Positions 47,101 to 62,100 of a stretch of 64,000 nucleotides of DNA are shown here, piece by piece. The first letter of the stretch is position 1. Each line of letters opens with the position of its first letter. The notes under the pieces were generated by a model, which searched no databases, was not told where the DNA came from, and worked only from the letters and a program-made list of their open reading frames with translations. Made by a program: the position numbers and the translations under genes. The stretch is from assembly GCA_038087875.1 (NCBI GenBank), contig CM075991.1, positions 2,976,001 to 3,040,000 of the forward strand, in the 5' to 3' direction. Origin of the DNA: Malacoraja senta (Eukaryota).

Positions 47101-50100
47101 GTGTAAAGAAATGTCTGCATGTTAATGCTGCCGACTGGCACATTCCAGGCTGCGGGAGTGGGTGGTAGGATGCATCTGGAGCTCTGGAGCCACTGCGAAG
47201 GATCCGTGGAGAAGAATTACAGTCAAAGATCTTACTGTGACTGGACACAAAAGGGCTGGGTTTTGAAAAACACACTCCTTTCTCAAAAATGTCAATTGAC
47301 CATTCTAAATATCAAACCCATCCTACAAGCTTTGCTACATTCCCCTGTAGTATATAGAAAAGAACAACACATGAACAGGCCCTACAATGTCTGGGTCGAA
47401 CATGATGCCTTTAGATGCCTGCACATGAGTCATATCCCATGAGGGAAGTAGTCTTTCAGAATTTCCCATATTTCTTAATAATGGTGTTTTCAGCAGGTTC
47501 AAATGGTCTACATGTATCTGTTTATGCGCAGTAAATAGATATAGTTCCAGGATCATCCTCCATGGATATTCTTTTACGTTCAGTAATGATAAAGCACTGC
47601 TTTTACAGCTATAACATGCAGAATTAAAACGTTCAAGTAAGGAGGGAATGTTTGAAAGATACATTTAACTGACCCTGCACATTTACCTTCCTCGATAGTG
47701 TTTATCAACCCTTAAGTTTGATCTATATTTGTGTTCCCCATAGGGATATTGGCACAGGAATCAGATGATCCTGATCTTCAGTATGGGAAGAGTTACATTG
47801 CTGCACCTTACGTGAAGTATCTGGAGTCAGCTGGCTGCAGAGTGGTGCCAATCAGGTACTCTTCACTGTTCTTCCACCAGCTGAACTGTGCAACCAGCAT
47901 TGAATTGGATGCTTACCCTTCGATTAGATACACCATCCCAGCAAAAGAGCAGTTTTCATTTTCTTAGACCAGCACCTTTTTTTAATGTATGAGCATGGTT
48001 AACATTTTACTATTTCTAAGTATATATTTTCTTGGTTCAAGCCAAGGTCAGGTTGCCTGGATGCCCTGAAGCTAATTAGAGGGTAAGTTGATCTGATTTC
48101 CTTACAATTACTATAATTCGGAAAGTATTTCCTTCAAATGCTGTGAGCAGTTTAGGAAATCCCAAGATCATGAAATCCACCCTCTGCATGTAATTTGCTT
48201 ATCCTTTCCTTTTCAGTAGAACCACTAGTGCGGTCAGAAGCTGTCTAGTGTGTGCAATTTGATGCCACCAAGAATATGTACTTTAAGGATTAAGGGAGAA
48301 AATTGTTGGGGGTAAGAGGGAAACAATCCAGTTGAATAATTAATACAATATTTGGTGGTTTTCAACAAAGAAAATCAAATGCATGGAATGCTGTTGCAAT
48401 GAATGGAAAATGCAGTATGTGAATAACAATGGACTTTAAATAATTGTTTTGAATGCAGGCTGAATTTGACATCTGACGAATATGAAAGGATATTCTATTC
48501 AATCAATGGGTAAGTAAATGAATAACATACCCCCAATATAATTAGTGAAATGGGAAAATCTCATTATGAGATTTAACCAGCAGACTCTCCCAGGTTGATT
48601 CCGTTTTTTGAAGAAGTAACCAAGAAGGACTGGGCACGAGATGTAATCTATATTAACTCCAGCAAGACCTTTGATAAGATTCAGTATGGTAGATTACTCT
48701 AGAGTGTTAGATCACATGGAATCCAGAGAGAGCTAACTAATTGGATAAATAATTGGCTTGATGGTAAAATCGAAAGGGTGAAGGTGGTAGGTTGTTTATC
48801 AGCATGGAAGCCCCTGGTATGCTTCAGGTGTCAGTGCTAAGTCCATTGTTGTTTGTCGTCTATAGTCTATATCAACAATTTGGATGAGAATGAGAATGTA
48901 CATGACATGGTTAGTAAGTTTGCAAACGACTTTAAAATACATGGTATCGTAGACATTGAAGAAGGCTATCAAGAATTGCAGTGGGATCAGCTGGGAAGTG
49001 GAAACAAAATGGCAAATAAATTTGTGGTTAGATAAGTGTGAGGTGTCGCATTTGGGAAGTCACAGTGAACAGAATGGCGCTGGTGTTGTAGAACAGAGGA
49101 ACACAGTTGCTGCCTGATCCGCTGAGTTACTCCAGTATTTTGTGTCCATCTTTGGTATAAACCAGCATCTGCAGTTCCTTCCTACATATGATTACAAGTA
49201 CATGATTCCTTGCAAGTGATGTCTAAGGTGGATAGGGTGGTGAAGAAGATAAATACTCAGTCTCCTTCCTACTTTCCATTAGTAAGGGCATTGAGTATAA
49301 AAGTTGAGACGTTATGGTGCACTTGTAGTTGTACAACGCGAGGCCACGTTTGGAATATTGTGTTTAGTTTTGGTCACCCAACTATAGGAAAGATGCTTTT
49401 GGACTGAAAAGAACGGATAAAAGATTGATGAGGTTGCCAGGACTCGATGGACTGAGTAATAGGCAGAATAGGCAGTCTGATGAATAGTCTCGACCCGAAA
49501 CATTACTATTCCTTTTCTCCCGAGATGCTGCCTGATCCGCTGAGTTACTCCAGCATTTTGTATCTATTTTTGGTGCAAACCAGCATCTGCAGTTCTTTGT
49601 TATACAGACTAGGATTTTATTCCTTGGAGTGCAGCCGACTGAAGAGTGAATTTAGAGAGGTGAATAAAAACATGAAGGGAATAGATAAGGTCAATGCACA
49701 CAGCTTTTTCCCAGGATTGTGTGCTAAAGAACTAGAAGGCATAGGTTCAAGGTGAGCAAGGAAAGATGTAATTAAAATTTGAGAGGAAACTTTCTCACAC
49801 AGACAGTGGTATGTATATGGAACGAGATGCCAGAGGAAGAGGTTGAGACAAGTACAGTAACAACATTTCGACAGGTGCATAGATGGAAAGGTTTATAGGG
49901 ATATGGGTCAAACACAGATTAATGGGCTAGCATATATGGGGTATCCTGATTGACATGGAAGAGTTGGGCTGAATGGCCTGTGTCCATGCTGCATGACTAC
50001 TGTAAGATTTGGGTCACACCAGTGCCACAGCCTTTCATTTGTGCCTTTCAATGATTTTGGTATACAATTGAATACCATCTATTTCCTTGGTGTGTCTGTG

Positions 50101-53100
50101 CAAAAATCCTGCTAATTCTTTGTGCTGTATTTAAAATCCTGAGTTTATATTGAACCACACAGCTCAGAAACAGCCCTTCAGTCCACAGCAACCATTAAAT
50201 ACCCAGCAATGCTAATACCTTTTAACACTATTTGTACCAAGGCCTGAAATGCCTTGGTGATTGAAATGTTTTTCTGTATACTTATTAAATGTTGCAAGAG
50301 TTCCTGTCTCCCTACTCAGGCAGTGTGTTCCAGGTTCCTCCACGCCTACATTCTTCCTTGCGTACCATCTCAAATTCTTATCCCTATCCAAAACCAATGC
50401 CCTCAATTTATAGATACCTCTGACATGGGGGGAATGTTTCCTACGATCTCTTATCTACTCTCCTCTTAATGTTGTCCTCCTCCTTGGCCTCCTCCTCCCC
50501 AAAAAAACAACCCCTTTATAATCTATGTTTAAGAAGGAACTGCAGATGCTGGAAAATCGAAGGTAGACATAAATGCTGGAGAAACTCAGCGGGTGAGGCA
50601 GCATCTGTGGAGCAAAGGAAATGGGCAACGTTTCGGGTCAAAACCTTTCTTCAGAAGAACTGAAATGCTCTGTCTCTTTAATGACCTGGTGAATCTCCTC
50701 TCTGCCCTCTCCAGTGCAAATATATCTATCCTGCTTTTTCTTCAAATCCACTAGCACCTCTTCTTCCCTTGCTCCTCAACCCTCCTATTCTAGTCACCTG
50801 TTTCCTCACTCCTCCTATCACCACAGATGCATCACCAGAGAAAAGCATTGAAAATGTGAATTATTGTCTACATTGAGTTATGTGCCCTAGTTATCAGTTC
50901 AACATACAGTAGTTACTAATTTGTGTACAATGAAGTTTACTAAATGAGACTATGATCATATTATCTGCTGTAGTTTTCTTTGATATTTATTTGATAGGAC
51001 ACCTGGAGAAATATCCTGCTGCTTTCCGGAATTGCATTGTATTGTAGGATCTAGGGGAATAGATTTAGTATCCCTCGGCCCTACACTGAATTGTTAGCCA
51101 CAATTGTACTGAATCTCTGATGCAGAATTTGACCACAACCTTCTGATTGAAGAGTTGTAGGATTCCCAACTGAACCTTCCTGACACCTGAATAAATAATT
51201 CTGTAAGTGTTTCTAATCAATGGTGTGAGCCATATTTCTTTGAGGAATGAAGGGGTTAAAATGTTAAGGGGACAAAAGAATAAAAATGTACCTAATGCTG
51301 CACAAAACCTTCCATTAACCATATATATATATATATAACGTTTTCTCTTCCCAGCATTCTGTTCCCTGGTGGAGCAGTTGACCTGACAACATCCAGTTTT
51401 GCTAAAGCTGCAAAAATATTCTATGACCTTGCATTAAAGGTAGGTTTTGCATCATATATTTGTTCTAAATTCAAGATTCAAGATTCAATTTAATTGTCAC
51501 GGTGAAATTTGAGTTACCTTCAAATAAGACAGGATTTACCTACCATTTTGCTAGTTAAATTTCATCTTGCTTATTGTCCAAGAATGCAAAGTTAATTATT
51601 GGGACCTCACAGTCGTTTTCAGAGACATTGGTATGTTTTCATATAGAAATTGCTTTATTACAGTAAAATGTTTGATATGGATCATCTGATGTTATTAAGG
51701 GGTTGGACAGGCTAGATGCAGGAAGATTGCTCCCGATGTTGGGGAAGTCCAGGACAAGGGGTCACAGCTTAAGGATAAGGGGGAAATCCTTTAAAACCGG
51801 GATGAGAAGAACTTTTTTCACACAGAGAGTGGTGAATCTCTGGAACTCTCTGCCACAGAGGGTAGTCGAGGCCAGTTCATTGGCTATATTTAAGAGGGAG
51901 CTAGATGTGGCCCTTGTGGCTAAAGGGATCAGAGGGTATGGAGAGAAGGCAGGTACGGGATACTGAGTTGGATGATCAGCCATGATCATATTGAATGGCG
52001 GTGCAGGCTCGAAGGGCCGAATGGCCTACTCCTGCACCTAATTTCTATGTTTCTATGTTTCTATTATGTTTATTCTTCTGTGTTTCATGCTATTGGCAAG
52101 CTCCTGAAAGAGTTTTGTGGGACTGGGAGACCAAGAGTGCCGGGTATATAATTCCATGATAGTGACAACACAGGTAGACTGGGTGGTGGAGATTGGGTTT
52201 GGTAAGATTCCCTTCATCGGTCAAGTCACAGAGTACAGGAGATGGGACGCCATGTTGCAACTGCATAGTTGTTGATGAGACCACACTTTGGGTATCGTGT
52301 GCAGTTCTTTTGGCCTGGCTACAGCATGGATGTCATTCAACTGGAAAGGATGCAGAAAAGATTCACCAGGATGTTACCAGGACTCGAAGACTTGTATTAT
52401 TGGAGAGATTGGATAGGATGAGACTTTTTTTTCCTAAAATGTAGGAGAGTGAGGGATGATCTCACAGCAATATATAAACTCTTGCGAGGTGTAGATAAGG
52501 AAGATAGTCACTGTATTTTTCTGTTGCAATGAACGAAAAGCAGAGGTCATAGATTTAAGGTGAGAGATGAAAGATTTAAAAGGAACCTGAGGGGCAACTT
52601 TTTCAACACAGATGGTGGTGGATGTAAGGAATGAACTGACAATGGAAATTATAGTGAAGGATACAATTACAATGTTTATAAGGCATTGGGACAGGTACAT
52701 GATAGAAAAGGTTAAGATGAATATGGGTCAAATGCTGACAAATGGGACTGGCTTCAGTAGACATCTTGGTTAGCATGGACAAGTTGGGCCGAAGGTCCTG
52801 TTTCTGTGCTGTATGGCTCCATGACTCTATTCCTGTGTTAATTTTGCAGGCATTTGATGCTGGTAATTATTTTCCTATGTGGGGAACCTGTCTGGGACTG
52901 CAACTCCTGGTCACCATTACTGCTGAAAAGGACTTACTAATAAACACTGACACTGAGAACATTGCTCTCCCACTTAATCTGACCACTGGTAGGAGCACTT
53001 TGTGATAAAGTATCATGACTTTGTTTATTATTGCCACGTGTGACAATAACACAGTGAAAAACTCTTATTGCAAGCTATCCAGTGTAAACCTGTGAGGGAT

Positions 53101-56100
53101 AATGTTAGATTTTATAATTAAAGACATTATAGGAGGACATTTTGAATCAAAATCCAAGGTAATCAATTAAAATATACGGTTAAAAAAAGGCAGGTGAGGA
53201 TGGGTTTCGATAGGTAGATGCTTTGTCCTGTCCCCACCTCTCCTAGTTTTCTCCACCACCCACCCTACAATCAGTCTGAAGGAGGTTCTGACCCAAAACG
53301 TCACCTATTCATGTTCTCCAGAGATGCTGGCTGACCAGCTGAGTTACTCCAACATTTGTGTTTTGTTTTGTAAACCAGCATCTGCTGTTTCTCATGTCCA
53401 GTCCACTTCTTTATATGCACTTGAATGAAGTGATGTTTATATTAAGTGTTTCCCCATATTAAATGTTCAAGAAGGAACTGCAGATGCTGGAAAATCGAAG
53501 GTAGACAAAATTGCTGGAGAAACTCAGCGGGTGCGGCAGCATCTATGGAGCGAAGGAAATAGGCAACATTTCGGGCCGAAACCCTTCTTCAGACTGATGC
53601 AGGGTGGGGGGGGGGGGGGGGGGCGGGAAGAAGAAAGGAAGAGGAGAAGCCAGAGGGCTGAGGGAGAGCTGAGAAGGGGAGGAGACAATAAGGGCTACTG
53701 GAAATTGGAGAAGTCAATGTTCAGGCCACTGGGGTGCAGACTGCCCCAGCGGAATATGAGGTGCTGCTCCTCCAGTTTCCGGTGGTGCGCACTCTGGCAA
53801 TGGAGGAGGCCCAGGACAGAAAGGACGGAATCAGAATGGGAGGGGGAGTTGAAGTGCTGAGCCACATATTAAACTACAGGAGTAGGCGAGTTTCGAAGAT
53901 GTGCTGGATTTGTTCAGAATACTGAGTCATAGCATGGCATACACTGGATCTGTATTAGAAATACTGCAAGCATTATCTTTCCATTCAATACCTCTCTGTG
54001 AAAAATATCTAACTCTGTGCAACAGGCTACAATTCCATAGCAATTCTAAGTTTATGTAACTCTGTCATAGGCTTTCTAGTGTTAGGGATTACTTTGAATC
54101 GCAGTCAACACAAATCAAGATCAATATCGTTTACATGATCTTTACATATCATGTTAAATATATTGTACTCTTTTACAGTATCTATTCCATGTTATTGTAA
54201 AATAATTTTCTTTCTGTCCAATTTATTAGGATTCTCCAAAGAAGGAATGTGTTGTTGCTGAAGGGCAAGGTGTGAATATGCGATACACAAGTACAGCATA
54301 TTATACACAATTGCAACAGGTAGTACAAAGAGGAACATCATTCCAGAGTACAGAATATAGTGCGACAGTGTTATAACGTTACACCTACAGAGAATGTGCA
54401 CTTGAGATTTGTCATGTAAAAATAATTCAGATGAAAAATAATTCTGTTGCATTACAGATTGAAACAAGCTGACATTGACAGCAAAAATCCAGTGCAGCAT
54501 CACTTTATGTCCAGTTAGCAAGAGAGGAAGGAATTTGATAAAGGAGGCATTTGATAAAGTGGCACATTGTGGAGATAAAAGTTCACGGTGTAGGATGTTA
54601 CACTGGTTTTGATAGAAGATTGGCCTTCGTCTGGTTGGCAAGGTGAAGTGCCTCAGGAAAGATTTTTTGCCGTCTAGCTTTCTCAATTGATATAAATGAC
54701 TTGAGAGTAAGCTTGCTAACTTTGCTGACGAAACACTGAATAGTGGGAAAGTAAGTTGTGAAAAGGAATAAAGGAAATTAAGTGAGTGGGCAAAGATCGG
54801 TCAAATGGAATTTAACATAATATTGTCCATTGGCAGGAAAATAAAAACACATATCGTTTCAATGATTACAGAGCTCTGAGTCACCCAGGGATGTGGGTGT
54901 CCAGGTGCATGATTTGCAATTATTCAGATTCAGATTCAGAGTCAACTTTATTGTCATTGTGCAGTGTACAGTACAGAGACAACGAAATGCAGTTAGCATC
55001 TCCCTAGAAGAGCGACATAAATATGAGCAGTAAATAAATAAATCTAATCTAATAAATCCTGGTGGGAGGAGTGTCCGGGGGGGGGGGGGGTGTGATTGGC
55101 AGTCACCGAGGTACAGTGTTGAGTAGTGTAACCGCCGCAGGGAAGAAGCTGTTCCTGGACCTGCTGGTCCGGCAACGGAGAGACCTGTAGCGCCTCCCGG
55201 ATGGTAGGAGGGTAAACAGTCTGTGGTTGGGGTGAGAGCAGTCCTTGGCGATGCTGAGCGCCCTTCGCAGACAACGCTTGCTTTGGACAGACTCAATGGT
55301 GGGGAGTGAGGAACCGGTGATGCGTTGGGCAATTTTCACCACCCTCTGCAGTGCTTTCCGGTCGGAGACAGAGCAGTTGCCATACCATACTGTGATGCAG
55401 TTGGTAAGGATGCTCTCGATGGTGCAGCGGTAGAAGTTCACCAGAATCCGAGGAGACAGATGGACCTTCTTTAGTCTCCTCAGGAAGAAGAGACGCTGGT
55501 GAGCCTTCTTGACCAGAGTTGAGGTATTGTTGGTCCAAGAGAGGTCATCGGAGATGTTGACCCCCAGGAACCTGAAGCTGGAAACACGTTCCACCTCCCT
55601 CCCGTTAATGTGGATGGGGGTGTGCATGCCGCCCCTAGACTTCCTGAAGTCTACAATGAGCTCCTTGGTCTTCTTGGAGTTAAGGGCCAGGTTGTTGTCA
55701 GCGCACCATGCTGCTAGGAGCTGGACCTCCTCCCTATAGGCCGACTCATCGTTGTTGCTGATGAGGCCAATCACCGTTGTATCATCTGCATACTTGATGA
55801 TGGTGTTAGTACCATGTACAGGTGTGCAGTCGTAGGTGAAGAGGGAGTAGAGGAGGGGGCTCAGCACACAGCCCTGTGGAACGCCGGTGTTCAGGGTGAG
55901 GGTTGAAGATGTGTGCTTGTCTAACCTAACAGACTGGGGTCTGTTGGTTAGAAAGTCCAGTATCCAGTTGCAGAGGGAGGGGTCGATGCCCAGGTCACCG
56001 AGTTTGGTGATCAGTTTAGAGGGTATGATGGTGTTGAATGCTGAGCTGTAATCGATGAACAGCATTCTTACGTAAGTGTCTCTGTTGTCGAGGTGGGAGA

Positions 56101-59100
56101 GGGCGGAGTGAAGTGCCGTTGAGATGGCATCTTCCGTACTCCTGTTCTTGCGGTAGGCAAACTGATAGGGATCCAACGTGGGGGGTAGGCAGCCTTTGAG
56201 GTGTGCCTGGACCAGCCTCTCGAAGCACTTGGCGATGATGGGAGTAAGTGCAACTGGGCGGAAGTCGTTGAGGCTTGCCGCAGTGGAGTGTTTTGGCACC
56301 GGCACGATGGAGGTGGATTTAAGGCACGTGGGCACAACTGCTTGGGCAAGTGACAGGTTGAAGATGTCACTTGCCGGTCATTATAACAGGTCATTAGGAA
56401 AGCTAACCATGTGCTATTGCTTACTAGTAGGGAATCTGAATACAAAAGTAGGAAGATTACACGTTATTTAGGAGATTGGTGAGGCCACATCTGGAATCCG
56501 CCTGCTGAATTGATCTCATTCTTTAAGGGAGGTAATTAATGCAGTTCAGAAAATGTTTATTGGATTAGTAGCTGAAATGCATGGTTTCATTTCTAAGGGA
56601 AGGTTAAAATCAAACTGGTGACCATGGCAATCAATCAGCATTTGATTGCTCACATTCCCATTCCCAATCTGACCTTTCTGTCCTGGGCCTCCTCCAATGT
56701 CAGAGTGAGGCCCAGTGCAAATTGGAGGAACAGCACCTCATATTTTGCTTGGGTAGCTTACACCCCAGCGGTATGAACCTCTAACTTCAAGTAACCCTTG
56801 CTTTCCCTCTCTCTCTCCATCCCTCCCCTTCCCAGTTCTCTGACCAGTCTGACTGTCCCTCTGATTACATTGTATCTGTGTCTGCTTTGTAATCACCTTC
56901 TACTAGCTAACATTGGTCTATCCTACGTTCTTGATCTGCATCTCTTTTGATCTGTTACACTTCCTTATCTCTGTAACTCCCTCTCCATGACGCTCAGTCT
57001 GAAGAAGGATCTTGACCCAAAACATCACCCCTACCTTCTCTCCAGAAATGCTGCTTGTCCCGCTGAGTTACTCCAGCTCTTTGTGTCTATCTTCAGCTTG
57101 TATCTGCTCTGGTTTGGAGAAGTGAAAGGGGACTTGATTGAAACAGATAAGATCCTGAACTGCGAGTGTGGACAGAATGTTTTCTTTTGTGGGAAAATCT
57201 AAAAACTCTGGGATCGCTGTTTAAATAAAGCCATTGTCCAGTTAATATAGGAAGGAGGTGATTTTTATTTCTCACAGGGTAGTGAGTCTTTGGAACTCTC
57301 TCCCTCAAAGAAACAGAATCTTTGAATATTTTTAAAATAGTTGATAGACTCTTGATAAGAGAGGGTTGAAATGTTACTGTGAGTGGACAGGGGTGCATAG
57401 TTGAGATTACAGACAGTAGGAATATTGTTATTAAAAATGGTGGAGTTGGCTTGAGTGGCCGAGTAGGCCCACTCCTGCTCCTAATTTGCATTTTTGTGGA
57501 GCTGTTCGCTTTCACACAGATGGGAAAGAATCTCTTTGGTAACATGCTTGTTGTGGATCAGACCATACTACCTTGGCTAGCTTGTTCCTGCAATGCATTG
57601 GAAGTCCACTACCAGATGCAGTCATTCAGATGCGCGATGAATCAGAATCTTACATTGTTTGAAGAACAACGTTCATGCATCAACTCACATCGGCTTAATT
57701 TCTTTCTTCCCAGCTGCTGCATCGAGTAAAATGTTTCAGAACTTTCCTCCAGATCTGTACAAGGCTATGTCTGTTGAGCCTCTGTCTGCAAACTTCCATC
57801 ACTTTTCTGTTTCTGTCCAGGTAAGGTTTTGCTTTTTTTGCTGGTATGTTTTCAATCAGAGACTGCAATGCACAAGAAATCCTGTGAAAGGCTAATTCAC
57901 CATCTAGGACATCAACTAAATCTGAATATCGATGGAGCTGATAGACATAGAGGCGGACAGCCGAGGAGCGGGACGTCGGGTTGCAGGCCTGCCACATCCT
58001 GGGGCTTACCTGGATCAGGGCCGGTCCAGTACTGTCAACATGTGGAACAGACTTTGGACTGTTTCTTTTTCTTTGTAAACGGTGCAAAATACGGCTACTG
58101 TACATTTGGGGGTTGTGCAAAAGAATTTTACTGTGCCGTGCATATGTAACAATAAAGAACCATTGTACCATTGTTACATCCAGTGCATATACACAAAAAG
58201 CTGGAGTAATAGACAATAGGTGCAGGAGTAGGCCATTCAGCCCTTCAAGCCAGCAGGGCCATTCAATGTGATCATGGCTGATCATCCCCAATCAGTACCC
58301 CGTTCCTGCCTACTCCCCATATCCCCTAACTCCGCTATCTTTTAGAGCCCTATCTAACTCTCTCTGTTGAAAGTATCCAGAGAACTGGCCTCCACCGCCC
58401 TCTGAGGCAGAGAATTCCACAGACTCACAACTCTCTGTGTGAAAAAGTGTTTCCTAATCGTTCTAAATGGCTTACCCATTATTATTAAATTGTGGCCCCT
58501 GGTTCTGGACTTCCCCAACATTGTGAACATGCTTCCTGCCTCTAGCGTGTCCAAACCCTTAATAATCTTATATATTTCAATAAGATCCCCTCTCATCCTT
58601 CTTAATTCCAGAGTATACAAGCCCAGCCGCTCCATACTCTCAGCATATGACAGTCCTGCCATCCCGGTAACTCAGCGGGTCAGACAGCATCTCTGGAGAA
58701 AAGGAATAGGTGATGTTTTGGGTCAAGACCCTTCTTCAAACCAGCATCTGCAGTTCCTTCCTACACATTACATCCAGTGTAGTTGATCCTGGTGGAACCC
58801 AGCATTGTGTTCAGATGAAAGATCCCAAGACGAAACATCGATTGTCCTTAGATTGTCCCTCCATAGATGCCGCCTGGCCCACTGAGTTCCTCCAGCAGAT
58901 TGTTTCTTGAACAACAGCATTGATGATGACTCCAGCAAAATTAAACATTTTAAGAATAGGACAAGTAAATAAGAATAGCACAGTGGCGCAGCTGGTAGAG
59001 CTGCTGCCTCACAATGCCAGAGACCTGGGTTCAATCCTGACTACGGGTGCAGGCTGTGTGGAGTTTGCTCATTCTCCCTGTGACCACGTGGGTTTCTCCC

Positions 59101-62100
59101 GGACACGCCGGTTTCCTCCCACATCCCAAAGAGGGTTAATTAGCATCTGTAGGTTGTCCCTAGTGTCAAGGGAGTGCATGCAAAAGTGGGATTACATAGA
59201 ACTAGAGTGAAGGGGTGATCGATGTTCGGCGTGGATTACATGAACCGAAGGGCCTGTTTTCATGCTTTATCTCTAAACTAATCAATTAGTTGGAAAGAGG
59301 ATAATGTTAAGTCTTTCTTTCGAAGAAAGTTATTTTTCACATGATAGTTACCGGTAAAGAAAACCAATCAACTTATCTAAATATAGAAAAGGACACAAAG
59401 TGCTGGAGTAACTCAGCAGGTCAGGCAGCATCTCTGGAGAACATGGATGCTGCCTCACAATGATTCGGGTCGAGACCCTTCTTCAGATTGATTGTTGAGA
59501 GGGGGGAAGAATGCTGGAAGAGAGGAGGGTCCGAATAAAGCATGGCAGGTAATAGGTGGAGGGAGGGTTTCAATAGGCAGATGGTTGGACAAGGCCAAAG
59601 ATTAAAAGACAGAAGGTGTAAGACCAAGGGGTTGAATAGTTGCGAATAGTGAAGCTAGAGGATGGAATGTAGGTGGAAATGTAGGGAGATTGAAGAAATA
59701 GGTGAATTATACCATCATCCTGAATCCCAGAGGAGGTATCAATGTCAGACAAATCTTGATGCAAGATATTCAGTCACAAGCCAAATGCCTTTGGCCAAAG
59801 CCCTTCATCTATTCTGAATATATCCAGTATGATCTTCGAGTTCCTTTATTGTAGTGAAAACGTATTTGCTTTATGTAAATTATAATTTGTCGGTTTATTC
59901 ACAGGCTTTTCTGGAAAATGAGAAACTAAACAAATTCTATTCGATCCTGTCCACCGATACTGACAGAAAAGGTGTGCAGTTCGTGTCAACCATGGAGGGT
60001 AAGATGAATATAGTGATTAGTATTAGAATTAAAAGAATTGAAGTAAGAGGATAAATTGTCCTATTGTAATAATGAATAATAATGGATGGGATTTATATAG
60101 CGCCTTTCTAATACTCAAGGCGCTTTACATCGCATTATTCATTCACTCCTCAGTCACACTCGGTGGTGGTGAGCTATTTCTGTAGCCACAGCTGCCCTGG
60201 GGCAGACTGACGGAAGCGTGGCTGCTAATCTGCGCCTACGGCCCCTCCGACCACCACCAATCACTCACACACATTCACACACATTCACACGCAGGCAAAG
60301 GTGGGTGAAGTGTCTTGCCCAAGGACACAACGACAGTATGCACTCCAAGCGGGATTCGAACCGGCTACCTTCCGGTTGCCAGCCGAACACTTGCGCCATC
60401 TGTCGTCCTATTGTGACATGTACTGTACGATTTCTTCATTTGTTAAATCTATTTACAGATGAATTGGTCATCTTTCAGGCCCATAAGAATAACTCAGTTA
60501 AAGTGATTGTGTATTTTCCGTCGTTCCTCTGCACCTGACTAGCCACATTGTAGAAGTGACAGGTGGAGGAGGGTTGTTCATAGAACATATGGAGCAAAGA
60601 GCAGCACAGGAGCGAGCCCTTCAGCACATCATGATTGCGCCAACAATTATGCTAATATGACTCAAACCATTGCCCAACAATATTTGTGTCCATCTGTTCC
60701 ATGCCTGTTTAAAATAGATAAAGTCTGATTAGCATCGCTCGTCCCACTGCATCTACACTGACCTAGAAAAACTGGATACAGTCATGGGCAATACAGTGGT
60801 GCAGCAGGTAGAGCTGCTGCCTCACAGCACCAGACATCAACGTCCGATCTTGACTTAGGATGCTGTCTGTGTAAAGTTTGCATGTTCTCACCGTGACTGC
60901 GTGGATTTCCTTCAGACACTCGTATTTCCTCCCACATCCCAAAGAAGTGCCGGTCTGTAGGCTAATTGGCTGCTGTAAAATTCCCTGTAATGTGTAGGGA
61001 GTGCAAGAGAAAATGGGATAACATAGAACTAGTATGAAAGGTGTTCAATGGTCAGCATGGACTCAGTGGGCTGGAAGGCCTGCTTTCAAACTGTATCTTT
61101 AAAAACTGTAAAAAAAACGACATTGAAAAGGGATGTGCATTCTCAATTTAATCCTGCCATTTACTGTATACATTCCTCTTCCATTTGTCCTCCAAAAATG
61201 TATGCTTTGCATGTTCAGATTAAATCCCATCTGCCATTTCTCATCTAAAGATCCCAACTGATTGACATCCAGCATTAGACTCGATAATGTTCCTCAATTT
61301 CCACAACTCTACTAACTTCTATGTTGTCTGCAAATTTACAAATCAAACCACCTCCATTTTCATCCAAATCAATTATACTTATATAAATATGCATAAAAAA
61401 ATATGTATAAATGATTTGGATGAAAATGAAGGTATGAATTAATATTTATATATAAATATCACAAACAACAGAAGACCCAGCTATGATCCCTGCGGAACAC
61501 CTCCAGTCAAAGAAACACCCTTCCACTACTATCCTCTGTCTTCTATGACCATGTCAGTTTTGTATCCAACTTAACAACTCATTGAATCCCACATGAATTA
61601 ATCTGGGCCAGCCTACCATGAGGGACCTTGTCAAATGCTTTACCAAAGCATCCACTGTCCACCTATATCAATAATCTTTGCCACTTCCTCAAAAAACTCG
61701 ATCGCATTTGGAGTCAGAACCTCCCCCACCCACACAAAGCCATGCTGACTATCCCTGATAAGTCCATTTTTTCACAGAGGCGAATAAATCCTATCCCTGG
61801 GAATGCTTTCCAATAATTCCCAGCACTGATGTAAGGTTCACCAGTTATTAATTTAGTAATTAGTCTACGTTGCCCTTCTTAAACAAATAAACAACACTGA
61901 CAATTCTCCAGTCTTCTGAGACATATTCTGCAGCTACAGCGGAACCCTTTTCCCTGGGTGGAAACGTCGAAGCCTAGCTTCAAGGAGAGAGGGGCAATGT
62001 TTAAAGGAGATGCGTGGGTTAATTTTTTAAAGCAGAATATTGAGTGGCTGGAATATGCTGCCAGGGTTGGTGATGGAGGCAGACATGATGGTGACATTTC

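Noticed and set aside
58978..59050. tRNA-like sequences at SINE heads (also 60790, 62641, 60340-60400)
   Set aside because: They continue directly into SINE bodies and lack complete cloverleaf ends; not tRNA genes.
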